Counted from the stretch's first letter, positions 17,641 through 26,123 are shown. The stretch is 34,316 bases of DNA from a virus (IMGVR_UViG_3300032239_001102:1-34316); one strand, 5' to 3'. Notes: a model not told the origin generated them from the sequence alone. Program-made: numbers and translations.

Positions 17641-17670
17641 CCCCGGCTGCTTCAAGCAGTCGGGGTTTTT
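17641..17670 (+). terminator. Hairpin with T-run on the plus (antisense) strand
   Basis: CCCCGGCTGC-ttcaa-GCAGTCGGGG-TTTTT; intergenic. Confidence 0.55.
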
Positions 17671-17672
17671 GC

Positions 17673-18092
17673 TTAGAAGGGAACTTCATCGGGAGCGAGG
17701 TCGGGCTTGAGCACCGGGCTCAGATCGGGAATCGTCCCGCGGCGTTGGTGAATCAGCGTGCGGACTGCGTTGCGCAGCCGAGTGTCCTCAATACGGGGCG
17801 GGAAGGGTTCGCCCTGCGAGTTGAGCCGAGGCTCTGGATCCTGCGCGTACCACAGGAGCGATTTCTCCGCGAGCGTGCCGATCCGAACGCCCTTGTTTTT
17901 CCCGAAGTGTACCTCGACCTCGCCGGCATTGGCGATGACCTCGGTCGGCATTGGGACTTCATTTGAAATTGGCTTGTAAGCCGCTTTGGCGGGAGCCGCA
18001 GCCGCAGGCGCAGCGGCGACTGGGCGAGACTCAAGAGCCTCGCGGATTCTGACTAACTCCGAGTGCAGAGCGGTGAACTGTTCAGTATTCAT
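17673..18092 (-). CDS. DUF3820-like (FGKxKG) protein with acidic DEVPF tail (139 aa)
   Basis: VHFGKNKGVRIGTL...LLWY motif; C-terminus APDEVPF. Confidence 0.7.
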   Translation of the reverse strand: MNTEQFTALHSELVRIREALESRPVAAAPAAAAPAKAAYKPISNEVPMPTEVIANAGEVEVHFGKNKGVRIGTLAEKSLLWYAQDPEPRLNSQGEPFPPRIEDTRLRNAVRTLIHQRRGTIPDLSPVLKPDLAPDEVPF

Positions 18093-18279
18093 TCCTCAGT
18101 TTTTTGATCTGTTGCTGTTCTTGTTCGCTGACGTAAATTGAACGGAAGCCGAGCTCCCATGTGAGCCGATAAGCCCACGACTGGCTCACGCTGTTTTCAA
18201 TGGCGAACCGTTTCGGCGTCTTGCGTTCAAGCAGAGCGGCAAAGAGCCGCTCGCGCAACGCGACGTTACGGTTATTCAC
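18082..18279 (-). CDS. Small HTH protein (65 aa, GTG start)
   Basis: TPKRFAIENSVSQSWAYRLTWELGF is HTH-like; GTGA-coupled. Confidence 0.6.
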   Translation of the reverse strand: MNNRNVALRERLFAALLERKTPKRFAIENSVSQSWAYRLTWELGFRSIYVSEQEQQQIKKLRNEY

Positions 18280-18656
18280 TCCATCGCCCTCCGAACCTTG
18301 GCCGCATAAGAGAGCGTGGCGGGCTTGCTCGCGCCGCGAGGCCCGCCGTTGTGCACTCGCGCCAAAATCTGAACGTCGCCATTGCTGTACGCCGCTGGCG
18401 CATAGCGTTGTAGGTAGGCCGAAACGACTCGCTTGGAATATTCGAGATCCGCGCATTGCTCGTAGGAGCCGCCAATGCGAGAGTCCTGCCAGTAGGCGCG
18501 GTGAATCTGGAGCGGACCGAGCGCCTTGCCGTTATCACCGAGGATCGCACCGCGCTTGCCGCCGGTCTCGACGACGTGCAGAGCGCGGAAGAAGGACTCC
18601 GGCGGCGCGGCGGGAGCCGCGGACGCGAGAGCGAGGAGAAGAACAAGACGCTTCAC
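18276..18656 (-). CDS. Secreted i-type (destabilase-like) lysozyme-fold protein (126 aa, GTG start)
   Basis: Signal peptide MKRLVLLLALASAAPA; VETGG...GD, GPLQIHRAYWQD, ARVHNGGPRG. Confidence 0.8.
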   Translation of the reverse strand: MKRLVLLLALASAAPAAPPESFFRALHVVETGGKRGAILGDNGKALGPLQIHRAYWQDSRIGGSYEQCADLEYSKRVVSAYLQRYAPAAYSNGDVQILARVHNGGPRGASKPATLSYAAKVRRAME

Positions 18657-18928
18657 GACGCCACCTCCTGCGGCTTCGGCCGTGAGCGGAACTCCCAAAT
18701 CGGCTGTCCAATTTCGACTCCGTCTTCGCACTCCCAAACTGACGCGACGTCGTGAATCCATCGATCGCCTAAATCTTTGCTGTCGCCGCAGGAGTTTGAG
18801 AACCGGACTAGTGCCGCATCGGCCGCGGCGAAGGTCAGGTATCCCACGATTGAAGTGTCCTCACCATCTCCGAAACCGCTGCGCTTGTTCTCGGAGACCC
18901 ATCCGATGCAGAGCTTGTAGGTCTTCAC
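18653..18928 (-). CDS. Hypothetical early protein (91 aa)
   Basis: GTGA-coupled with AGGAGG. Confidence 0.65.
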   Translation of the reverse strand: MKTYKLCIGWVSENKRSGFGDGEDTSIVGYLTFAAADAALVRFSNSCGDSKDLGDRWIHDVASVWECEDGVEIGQPIWEFRSRPKPQEVAS

Positions 18929-19179
18929 GACGCCACCTCCTTCGACCAGCCGCCAGCTTCAAGCGCCTCCGCATCGCCAGCCATGTCGATCATCTCGTAT
19001 TTGTCCGGACGTGGACTCGACCACTCAAATGCCGTGTGTCGCTCCATGACCCAAGCAACTGTTTCGCCTTTGAGTTCTGGGAGCCACTTGCGGGCCTCCT
19101 TGACTGTTTGGTGCAGGGAAACGTCGATTGCGTCGCCATACTGATCGATTGCGCGAACTTCGATTTCGGTGGTGCTCAT
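18925..19179 (-). CDS. Hypothetical first early protein (84 aa; start MSTTEIEV)
   Basis: First ORF after the candidate early promoter; A/C-rich leader. Confidence 0.65.
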   Translation of the reverse strand: MSTTEIEVRAIDQYGDAIDVSLHQTVKEARKWLPELKGETVAWVMERHTAFEWSSPRPDKYEMIDMAGDAEALEAGGWSKEVAS

Positions 19180-19222
19180 TTTTTGGTTTTGGTCTCGGGC
19201 TTGATTGCCTCCGACGTTCAAC

Positions 19223-19308
19223 AGCAAACCCGATCCGCTTCGTTTTGTGAAGCACAAAATGGAAACTTTCGCACGATTGTTTGCATCGTGCTGCGGACCA
19301 ACGACTTA
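19223..19308 (-). promoter_or_regulatory. Sigma70-like early promoter P1 with operator-like spacer and upstream TAAGTCGTTG box
   Basis: TTCACA (19246-19251), 17-bp spacer, TTTGCT (19223-19228); inverted repeats 19243-19259 and 19271-19291; CAACGACTTA 19299-19308. Confidence 0.6.
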
Positions 19309-19328
19309 GGAAAGCGAAAAAGTGGAGG

Positions 19329-19655
19329 TCAAACGTCCTGCGCGTTCACAAAGGCATCGTCTCCGAAATCACAACTTAGCGGCTCCGTCTTCGCGGCGAC
19401 ATAGAGCTGAGCGAGGATGTCGTTGCCGGCGAGCACCGCGTTGCCGAGGTGCGCGTCGAACTGATCGCCCGCCAGCCTGAGCTTCGCCAACGTCGGAGCG
19501 ATGGCTTGCTTGCCCAAGGCCGCAGCCTGTGCGTCGAGATAGAGCGCAAAGATCGCCGTGGCCTCACGCGCCGGGCGATCCCAGCGATAAGCGATGAGGC
19601 GGACGTAATTGCCCGAGACGCCGCTCGAGAGGGTGAAGGATTTTTGAAAGGCCAT
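19329..19655 (-). CDS. Small tail-tip/fibre-associated protein (108 aa)
   Basis: Last late gene after the tail tip; ILAQLYVAAKT...FVNAQDV ending is typical of small genes following fibres. Confidence 0.65.
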   Translation of the reverse strand: MAFQKSFTLSSGVSGNYVRLIAYRWDRPAREATAIFALYLDAQAAALGKQAIAPTLAKLRLAGDQFDAHLGNAVLAGNDILAQLYVAAKTEPLSCDFGDDAFVNAQDV

Positions 19656-19659
19656 GAGA

Positions 19660-22600
19660 TTAGATGTCCTCGAAGATAAACATGATTGGCGTGGTCGTCG
19701 CCGGGATATTGCTGCCGTCAGTAGATTTGATGACGCAGTTCGCGGTCGAACTGGTTGAGGTCGTGCGATTGTAAGCGACTACGTAGCCCGCATCAATGGA
19801 TGCCATGATGCCGACATCCGGTTTCGCCGAAAAACCGCGATTGGTGAGACTGATTGTGAACGCTTCGCTTGGGGAGCCGCCGCTCAACGTCACATCGACA
19901 TAACCAGAGTAACGAGCAAACACGGCACTCGTGCTAGAGCCGGTGCCAACTTTCAGCGAGGTGATGTTATCCACCGTGCCGCCCGTGATGGCGACGCTGC
20001 TCGCGGCCTGCGTGGCGATGGTTCCGAGGCCGAGATTTGTCCGCGCCGATGATGCGCTCGACAGGTCCGATAGGTTGCTCGTTTTCTGCGCGGATCCCGT
20101 GATGCGAGAATCGTTGCCGGCGGCAACGGTCCCCGAAGCGGTGCCGACATTTTTTGCCGCTGAATCACCAGCGCCAATGGACATCGCAGAATTCGCATTT
20201 CCAATTCGATACCAAGCTCCAGCAACGCCGCTTGTGTTTACCGCTCTGACACGCACATATCCAGCCGCACCAGTTAGATTATAAATTATGATGAAAGGAT
20301 TTGTTGTCCGCATCAATGCGCTGCCGCCATCGTAAAGCGTCCACGAATAATCAGTAGCTGCATCTGTATCCGTCGATGTGGCTTTGATTTCGTAATAGTT
20401 GAAATCCTTTTCAGTCGATGCCGTCCAGCTTACGCATGATCCAAAAAGATGGATGCTGGTTGCCGTGTAAAACTTTGGAACCACTCCACTCGCTTGAAGC
20501 AACCCTCCGCTCAAAGTTGCCGGCGCACCCGTCTTCGTCGCAGCACTCCGCGACAACGTAGCCGAGACCGCCGAGGCAATCGAGTAATACGAGAACGCTT
20601 GTGCAGCGAACTCGTAGGCAATGCCGGGACTCAGATCATCAATGCCAAAGGTGCCGCCTCCGCTGGTGATTTGACCGGCGACATTCCATGTCGTCGCGCC
20701 CGAGGTCCGATAAAGAATGTTCATCAGCACGCCGAGGGTCGGCATCGCCGGCACATTCAAGACGACGCGGGCGAATACTGAGCCATCTGTCGCTGTGTAC
20801 GTCGATTCCGATGAGAACGTCAGCGCACTCGGCGTGCCCGGCGCCGTCGTGTCGAGCGTGCCCGTTACCGCAGTAGCAATGGCAGAGACTCGGCTGGAGA
20901 ATCCAGACACGTTCTCAACCGTGTCATAGGCGTTGACCCAATAGTAATACGTCGTGCCGATGGTGACCTGCGTGTCCACGAATCGGCTGCTGCGAGTCTG
21001 CGCGATCTGATCGGTGTTTGCATTGGCCGGCGTCGTGCCGCTGGTGTTGCGGTAAATGCCGTACTCCGAGAAATCTGCTTCGGTGTTATCGTCCCAGTCG
21101 AGCGAGAGCGAAAGACCATTGCCTGCGGTGATCGTGAGTCCTGTCGGGATACTCGGTGCTGTCGTGTCCTTGGCTACCGTGATCGACGACGTTAGATAGC
21201 TCGTCGTGACCTTGAAGTAAGATTCGCCGAAGATGCGGACGTTGTAGCTCGTGCCGATGCGGACATCGCTGGAGATGTAGTCCAGCGTTTGATCTCCATC
21301 GAGTCGGCTCCAAGTGAGATAGGTTGTCGCGTTGCCTTGCTTGTATTCGATTACGACAGCGCCGCCGGCTTGAATGAATTGCTCGCTCGGAGCAGACCAA
21401 GCGACTTTGATGCGGGGAATCGCGGTACCATCCGCTTGAATCAATTGCGTGGTGCCGTCCGCGGTCAGCGTCAGATTCGTCGGCGCTCCGAGCGTAAACG
21501 GATCGGGAAGTGTCGTCTTCGGAGCCGTCGTGACCGCAACCTCGTCGCCAACGCTCCACGAATAAACCGTCGAATCCGTCTCGCGCAGCGTCATCTCGAC
21601 CGCAAGCTGCGGAGGATTGCCGTCCGACACGAAATGCCATTCGACGACCTCGAAAACCTTTGATGACCATCCGAGTTTGTCGTTGGAAATCATCACCGTG
21701 TCACCGGCTCGCACCTGCATCGCTTCGAGACGGAAACGTGCCGTCATCGTGATCTCTTGTCGCGCCCGGCGTAGCTCGATGACCGAGAGACGCTGCGAGC
21801 AACTGCTCGAGGTAGTCATCGGCAGCGTAACGTCGCGCCAGTATTTGATGCCGTTATCCTGCGTGACATAGACCGAAGAAGTAATCGGCGGGAAGTCCGT
21901 GACCTGCCAGTTGTTCTCGGGCGCGACATAAACGCCTTTCACGCCGTTTACGCGGTCGCGGGCACTCGTCTTGGTCTGGACATTGATCTGCCCAACGAAG
22001 TGCTTCTCCGTGAGTGTAACCGCAGGGATGCGATAATTGCCGGCGTACGCCACAATCTTGCCACCAGAATAGGCGATGAGGCCAGCCATCGCGGAAAGGA
22101 GTTTGCCGATATTACCATCGGGAGTCTCAGCGGTCGAAATGATGCCGTTGCACTCGTATCGGTTCTCGTAAGTCACGGGCGACAGAGGAAGAACCTGCAC
22201 CTGCTCGTCGCAAATGTTGGCCGCGGTCGAGATACTCGTGTCGTCGATCTCGGAAGAATCCATCGCCAGCCCGAGGCGCGTGTCGGTGAGGTAGTCTCGC
22301 AAGCAGAGCGCAGCGTTGGCCGAATACGCGGTGGTGCTGGTCCGCGGATCATAAACCTTCTTGCCCTTGACGATGGCAGAGACGTTCGGGATACCGCCCA
22401 CGAACACCTCGGCGTTCCAAATCAATCGCACGTAAACGTAAGCGATGCCTTGGAGGCGATGTGCGCTAGTCCACTTCCCGTCCGTCAGGCCCGAAGTCGC
22501 GGCTTGCAGATTCGTCTCAACCGTCTGCGTATCGCTGCCGAGCTTTTTGTAGATCTCGGCATATCCCGCGTACTTGCCGCTGGCCGCGGAACCACTTCCA

Positions 22601-22971
22601 GTCAGCACTAACTCGTCGTTGAAATAGACATCTCCGATCTCCTCGACCTCGTGACCGGCAAGCGCGATCACCATGTGGAGGTACTCGTTTTTGGTGCCGG
22701 TAGTCGAGATGTAGACGAGCGTGCCCGAGGTCTTGCATTGCCCGTAAACAATGGTGCGGGCGGCGATTGGTGAGCGGATGGTCTGGTTTCGATCCAGCAG
22801 CGAGGAGTCCGAGAAGCCCGGCGTCTTCGGCGAAAGCAACTTGCTTGCCGCCATGCTCGCCGCCGTGACCGCAATGAAGTTGAGCGTGGCCGTTACAGCA
22901 GTCGCAATTGCGACGCTGTTAAAGGCGTTCATCAACGCGATCCAGACGGTGGGTGCTGAGAAGATCGGCAT
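19660..22971 (-). CDS. Tail tip attachment / host-specificity protein J-like with FN3 domains (1103 aa)
   Basis: RTIVYG, HRLQGIAY, VKGKKVYDPR, NAALCLRDYL, FN3 repeats (APSIPTGL...YYYWVNAYD), C-terminal NLSDL..ARTNLGLG fibre motifs. Confidence 0.9.
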   Translation of the reverse strand: MPIFSAPTVWIALMNAFNSVAIATAVTATLNFIAVTAASMAASKLLSPKTPGFSDSSLLDRNQTIRSPIAARTIVYGQCKTSGTLVYISTTGTKNEYLHMVIALAGHEVEEIGDVYFNDELVLTGSGSAASGKYAGYAEIYKKLGSDTQTVETNLQAATSGLTDGKWTSAHRLQGIAYVYVRLIWNAEVFVGGIPNVSAIVKGKKVYDPRTSTTAYSANAALCLRDYLTDTRLGLAMDSSEIDDTSISTAANICDEQVQVLPLSPVTYENRYECNGIISTAETPDGNIGKLLSAMAGLIAYSGGKIVAYAGNYRIPAVTLTEKHFVGQINVQTKTSARDRVNGVKGVYVAPENNWQVTDFPPITSSVYVTQDNGIKYWRDVTLPMTTSSSCSQRLSVIELRRARQEITMTARFRLEAMQVRAGDTVMISNDKLGWSSKVFEVVEWHFVSDGNPPQLAVEMTLRETDSTVYSWSVGDEVAVTTAPKTTLPDPFTLGAPTNLTLTADGTTQLIQADGTAIPRIKVAWSAPSEQFIQAGGAVVIEYKQGNATTYLTWSRLDGDQTLDYISSDVRIGTSYNVRIFGESYFKVTTSYLTSSITVAKDTTAPSIPTGLTITAGNGLSLSLDWDDNTEADFSEYGIYRNTSGTTPANANTDQIAQTRSSRFVDTQVTIGTTYYYWVNAYDTVENVSGFSSRVSAIATAVTGTLDTTAPGTPSALTFSSESTYTATDGSVFARVVLNVPAMPTLGVLMNILYRTSGATTWNVAGQITSGGGTFGIDDLSPGIAYEFAAQAFSYYSIASAVSATLSRSAATKTGAPATLSGGLLQASGVVPKFYTATSIHLFGSCVSWTASTEKDFNYYEIKATSTDTDAATDYSWTLYDGGSALMRTTNPFIIIYNLTGAAGYVRVRAVNTSGVAGAWYRIGNANSAMSIGAGDSAAKNVGTASGTVAAGNDSRITGSAQKTSNLSDLSSASSARTNLGLGTIATQAASSVAITGGTVDNITSLKVGTGSSTSAVFARYSGYVDVTLSGGSPSEAFTISLTNRGFSAKPDVGIMASIDAGYVVAYNRTTSTSSTANCVIKSTDGSNIPATTTPIMFIFEDI

Positions 22972-22974
22972 GGC

Positions 22975-23382
22975 TTAGAGTCTCCAACAAATGGCCTTTT
23001 CGTCTAAGGGCGGGAACGCGAGACCGTCCTCGCTCACAAAGCAATCGATTGCGCCCAGCACGAGGCCAAGCGTCGGTCCATGCTGGCCTTCGCGCAGCAC
23101 CAGATCCCCGCGGCCCGCCAGCGCACGAGGAATTCGCTTTAAGCCCGGCGCGTGTTGCTCAAGCAACTTGTCGATGCCGTCAGCCTCCGCGATGATGCGC
23201 ATGGCTCTGATCGCTCCAGAGTAGCTTCCGCGGAAAGTCGATGCGATGTCGTGCCCTGTTGCAATCAGCACCCAATCAGCCGCGAACATACAACAGTCGT
23301 TCGTGCCCCATGCGAACGGCTGATTGCGCCGGGAATCGACGTAGAGCGAGAGCAGCGTCGGCCAATTTTCGAGGCGCGTCAC
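22975..23382 (-). CDS. DUF6950 / NlpC-P60-like tail tip protein (135 aa, GTG start)
   Basis: PFAWGTNDCCMFAADWV...RGDLV; occupies the lambda gpK position. Confidence 0.8.
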   Translation of the reverse strand: MTRLENWPTLLSLYVDSRRNQPFAWGTNDCCMFAADWVLIATGHDIASTFRGSYSGAIRAMRIIAEADGIDKLLEQHAPGLKRIPRALAGRGDLVLREGQHGPTLGLVLGAIDCFVSEDGLAFPPLDEKAICWRL

Positions 23383-24023
23383 GGCTGATTTCCCGCGTCG
23401 GAGTCTGGAGCCGTCCACTTGACCGGCGTGGAAGCGTTCGGGTTTCCCCAGTAAATAGTCTTTTCTTGGATCGCGGTGACGAACTCCAGCCCGAGATCGC
23501 CTGAGAACAATGCTTGTTGCTCCTCATCCGTGTAACGCAGTTCGCGGGTGCGCCGGAAGTCCACGAGACGGTTCTCCGCGGTCATCGTGATGATGGCGCT
23601 TTGACCGTCATCCGTGATGTTCATCACGTCCATGCGGCCCGAGAACACGGTCACGGGAGACGAGATGAGCGTGCCAGCGGTAGGCGAGAGCGCACCCATC
23701 AAAACCGAGCAAGGCTTCCCTTGGTAGGTCGTCGAGAGCGCAATCGAAACGAACGCCGTCGGCACTCCCGAGAGCTGCATCGTGATGCCGCGAGCGGCGA
23801 GATCCGTCGTCTCGTCGATGGGTGAGAGCGTGCCAAGATCGCCAACGCCGATCCAACTCACGGAGTTGTAAGCGAGCGTGCCATATCCGCTCCAGAGGCG
23901 CGTCGGGCTTGCGGTGTCGAACTGGAGTTCAGTCAGCAAAACCGGCGCAAGCTGCGCCGTCGTCACCTCGGCTACCATGTCCGCGGTCATTGTGCGACCC
24001 GGCGTGTTGTAGGTCGTACTCAT
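23379..24023 (-). CDS. Tail tip hub protein, gpL-like (214 aa)
   Basis: RLWSGYGTL...WIGVGDLG, FSGRMD, RYTDEEQQ..F.GD.G.EFV. Confidence 0.8.
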   Translation of the reverse strand: MSTTYNTPGRTMTADMVAEVTTAQLAPVLLTELQFDTASPTRLWSGYGTLAYNSVSWIGVGDLGTLSPIDETTDLAARGITMQLSGVPTAFVSIALSTTYQGKPCSVLMGALSPTAGTLISSPVTVFSGRMDVMNITDDGQSAIITMTAENRLVDFRRTRELRYTDEEQQALFSGDLGLEFVTAIQEKTIYWGNPNASTPVKWTAPDSDAGNQP

Positions 24024-24601
24024 TGCGCGACGTTCTCGACGATGGAGAAGCTCACGCCATAGATCGACGCGAGTTCAATTGACCAGTCGGTTTTCGGTTC
24101 AGCCAAGCGAAAGACGCCTTTGGCGTTCAAGTAGGTAATCGCCGTGCCGGCGGCATAGCTGGAGCGCAGCACAGGGAAAAGGTCCACGCTGCTGCTGCTG
24201 TTGACTTGAATCACCTTGTATAGCGAGGTCGATATCTGGAGCCAGTCGCCCACCGCGAAACTCCCAGTTGCGCCCGAGATGCCGAGCGTCGTCGCGTTCG
24301 CGGTCGCGCTGGAGACCGTCAGCGTGCCCGTCACGCTGCCTCGCGGCGAGGTGTTCGCATAGTCTTGGAAGTAGAACGTGCCGCGATGAGCTGCCAGCAA
24401 GAAGGCAATGACCTGCTCCGCGTCCGCTCGCGTCATCGGCGGGCACTCCACGCTGCCGGCCCACGCTTGTCCCGGCCAGTTGTATTGCTGGCTTTGAAAC
24501 GTGAACGGCGACACGTTGCGGGACGTGGCCGACATTCCCGTGAGGTTCAGCCTGCTAACTCGAAACGGAGACGGCGGTGAGAGTGGGTAAGAGATAGCCA
24601 T
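24020..24601 (-). CDS. Distal tail protein (193 aa)
   Basis: SPFTFQSQQY.WPGQ.W, KGVFRL; directly after the tape measure. Confidence 0.75.
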   Translation of the reverse strand: MAISYPLSPPSPFRVSRLNLTGMSATSRNVSPFTFQSQQYNWPGQAWAGSVECPPMTRADAEQVIAFLLAAHRGTFYFQDYANTSPRGSVTGTLTVSSATANATTLGISGATGSFAVGDWLQISTSLYKVIQVNSSSSVDLFPVLRSSYAAGTAITYLNAKGVFRLAEPKTDWSIELASIYGVSFSIVENVAQ

Positions 24602-24607
24602 GACGGA

Positions 24608-25969
24608 TTAGGCGAAGGCTGCGCGATAGGCACCACCGCGGCGCACCATGTCGGGAATCTCGGCCTTGAGACGCTTCCGCTCGTTCTCAAGGATCGGCAT
24701 CAACTCGGCCTTGTTCACGCCAGAGGAGATGTTGTAAGTCACATTTACCGAGGAACCACCGCCACCGCCTGAGCCGAGACGATTGTTCGGGATGATCGAA
24801 CCACTAGATCCGGGCACGAAAAGCTCTGGGCCTTTCTCGCCCACCATGTAGGGCGTTCCTCCGCTGACAGGACCACCAGTAGCTTTTCCGGTGAATAGAT
24901 TTGCGAAGAAGTTACCGAGACCGCTCGCCATAGGCTTTGTGATCTGTTCGCGGAAGATCATGCGCAAAAGATCCTGCGCGAGAGCGCGGATGACTTCGCG
25001 CAATTTGGTTCCAGACAAGATCGCTTCCTCGAAGGAATCAGCAATGCGAGCGCCGAATTCCATGCCGAATTGTCGGCGCTGTTCTTCCAGTTTCACAATC
25101 TCTTCAATCGTCTCCTTCAATTTTTTTTCTGCATCTGTTCTTACTCTTACAATGTCGATTCCTTCTCCTTTAAGATTATTGAGATATTCTTCTTGAATTA
25201 ACTTATCTTTATAAAGCAGTCCAAGTTCTTGTTCGGTCGTAAGTGCTTTGGATCCAATTCTATCAAGTTTGTTTTGGGCCTTTGTTCTTTCATTAAACGC
25301 CTGAGCCAAATCATCTTCGGCCTTTTTTCTGTCCTCCTTAATTTTCTTTCTAAGAGTGGCTTCCTCCAAAAGCAATTTGAGACCTTCCTCTTGCGATTTG
25401 TAAGCCTTGGCAATGTCCTTACCGCTTTGAAATTGCGTCTGTGAAAGTAAAAAGGACTGTTCCGCTGCCTTTCTCAAAGAATCGCCCCATTGCTCGGAAG
25501 TTTGTTCTGTCTTATCAAACTCAACTTGCAATTTTTTGGTTGAATCAACCGATTCATCAATGTCCTTCTGAAATCGCTTGGTCCAAAGCTCCATCGCCTT
25601 GGCCTTGGCTTCTGCGTCGGTGGTCCCAGTTACAAGATCGCCAATCGAAATCCCAATTTTTGCAAACGCAGCTGGAATTACCAAAAGCAGTTTAAAGAAT
25701 CCGTCGATAATCGATTTGAGACGCAACGCATCCTCGATGGATTGACCGAATCCGATGTCTTCACCTTCGGTTATTACCTTATCCAGCTTGTCTCCCATCG
25801 CATCCAGCGTCTTGAGAAACGACTTGGAAAGCCCGCCCATCATCATCGTCTTTAGCGTCTTTCCAACGCTGGCCGAAGTCGCGTTCAACTTGCCAAGCGA
25901 ATTTTGAACCGCAGCAAAGGCCGTGCGCGTTTCGTCAACTGCCTTGAGGGAGAATGTTGCGCTAGCCAT
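24608..25969 (-). CDS. Tape measure protein, short (453 aa)
   Basis: AVDETRTAF N-terminus, coiled coil, lambda-type C-terminal ATGGPV...YMVGEKGPELFVP..SGSIIPN. Confidence 0.88.
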   Translation of the reverse strand: MASATFSLKAVDETRTAFAAVQNSLGKLNATSASVGKTLKTMMMGGLSKSFLKTLDAMGDKLDKVITEGEDIGFGQSIEDALRLKSIIDGFFKLLLVIPAAFAKIGISIGDLVTGTTDAEAKAKAMELWTKRFQKDIDESVDSTKKLQVEFDKTEQTSEQWGDSLRKAAEQSFLLSQTQFQSGKDIAKAYKSQEEGLKLLLEEATLRKKIKEDRKKAEDDLAQAFNERTKAQNKLDRIGSKALTTEQELGLLYKDKLIQEEYLNNLKGEGIDIVRVRTDAEKKLKETIEEIVKLEEQRRQFGMEFGARIADSFEEAILSGTKLREVIRALAQDLLRMIFREQITKPMASGLGNFFANLFTGKATGGPVSGGTPYMVGEKGPELFVPGSSGSIIPNNRLGSGGGGGSSVNVTYNISSGVNKAELMPILENERKRLKAEIPDMVRRGGAYRAAFA

Positions 25970-26123
25970 GTTGGTTTCGGGTCTTGTTTACGTAATCGAG
26001 ATATGCGAGCCATCCCTGCAACTCACCGGCTGGCATTGCGAGAACCTCATGGGCAAACTTGCCGAGCTTTTCTGCGAGCGCATAAACGGCGAGGAAGTCG
26101 GCGGCTTCCCCGCCGTGAATCAG
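25962..26123 (-). CDS. Tail chaperone GT extension (-1 frame; LIHGGEAADFLAVYALAEKLGK...ELQGWLAYLDY)
   Basis: Open 53-codon frame with no convincing start of its own, reached by a -1 slip at A AAA AAC (26129-26123); LA..LG....E.L.M...EL..W.AY is typical of gpT. Confidence 0.75.
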   Translation of the reverse strand: MIHGGEAADFLAVYALAEKLGKFAHEVLAMPAGELQGWLAYLDYVNKTRNQHG

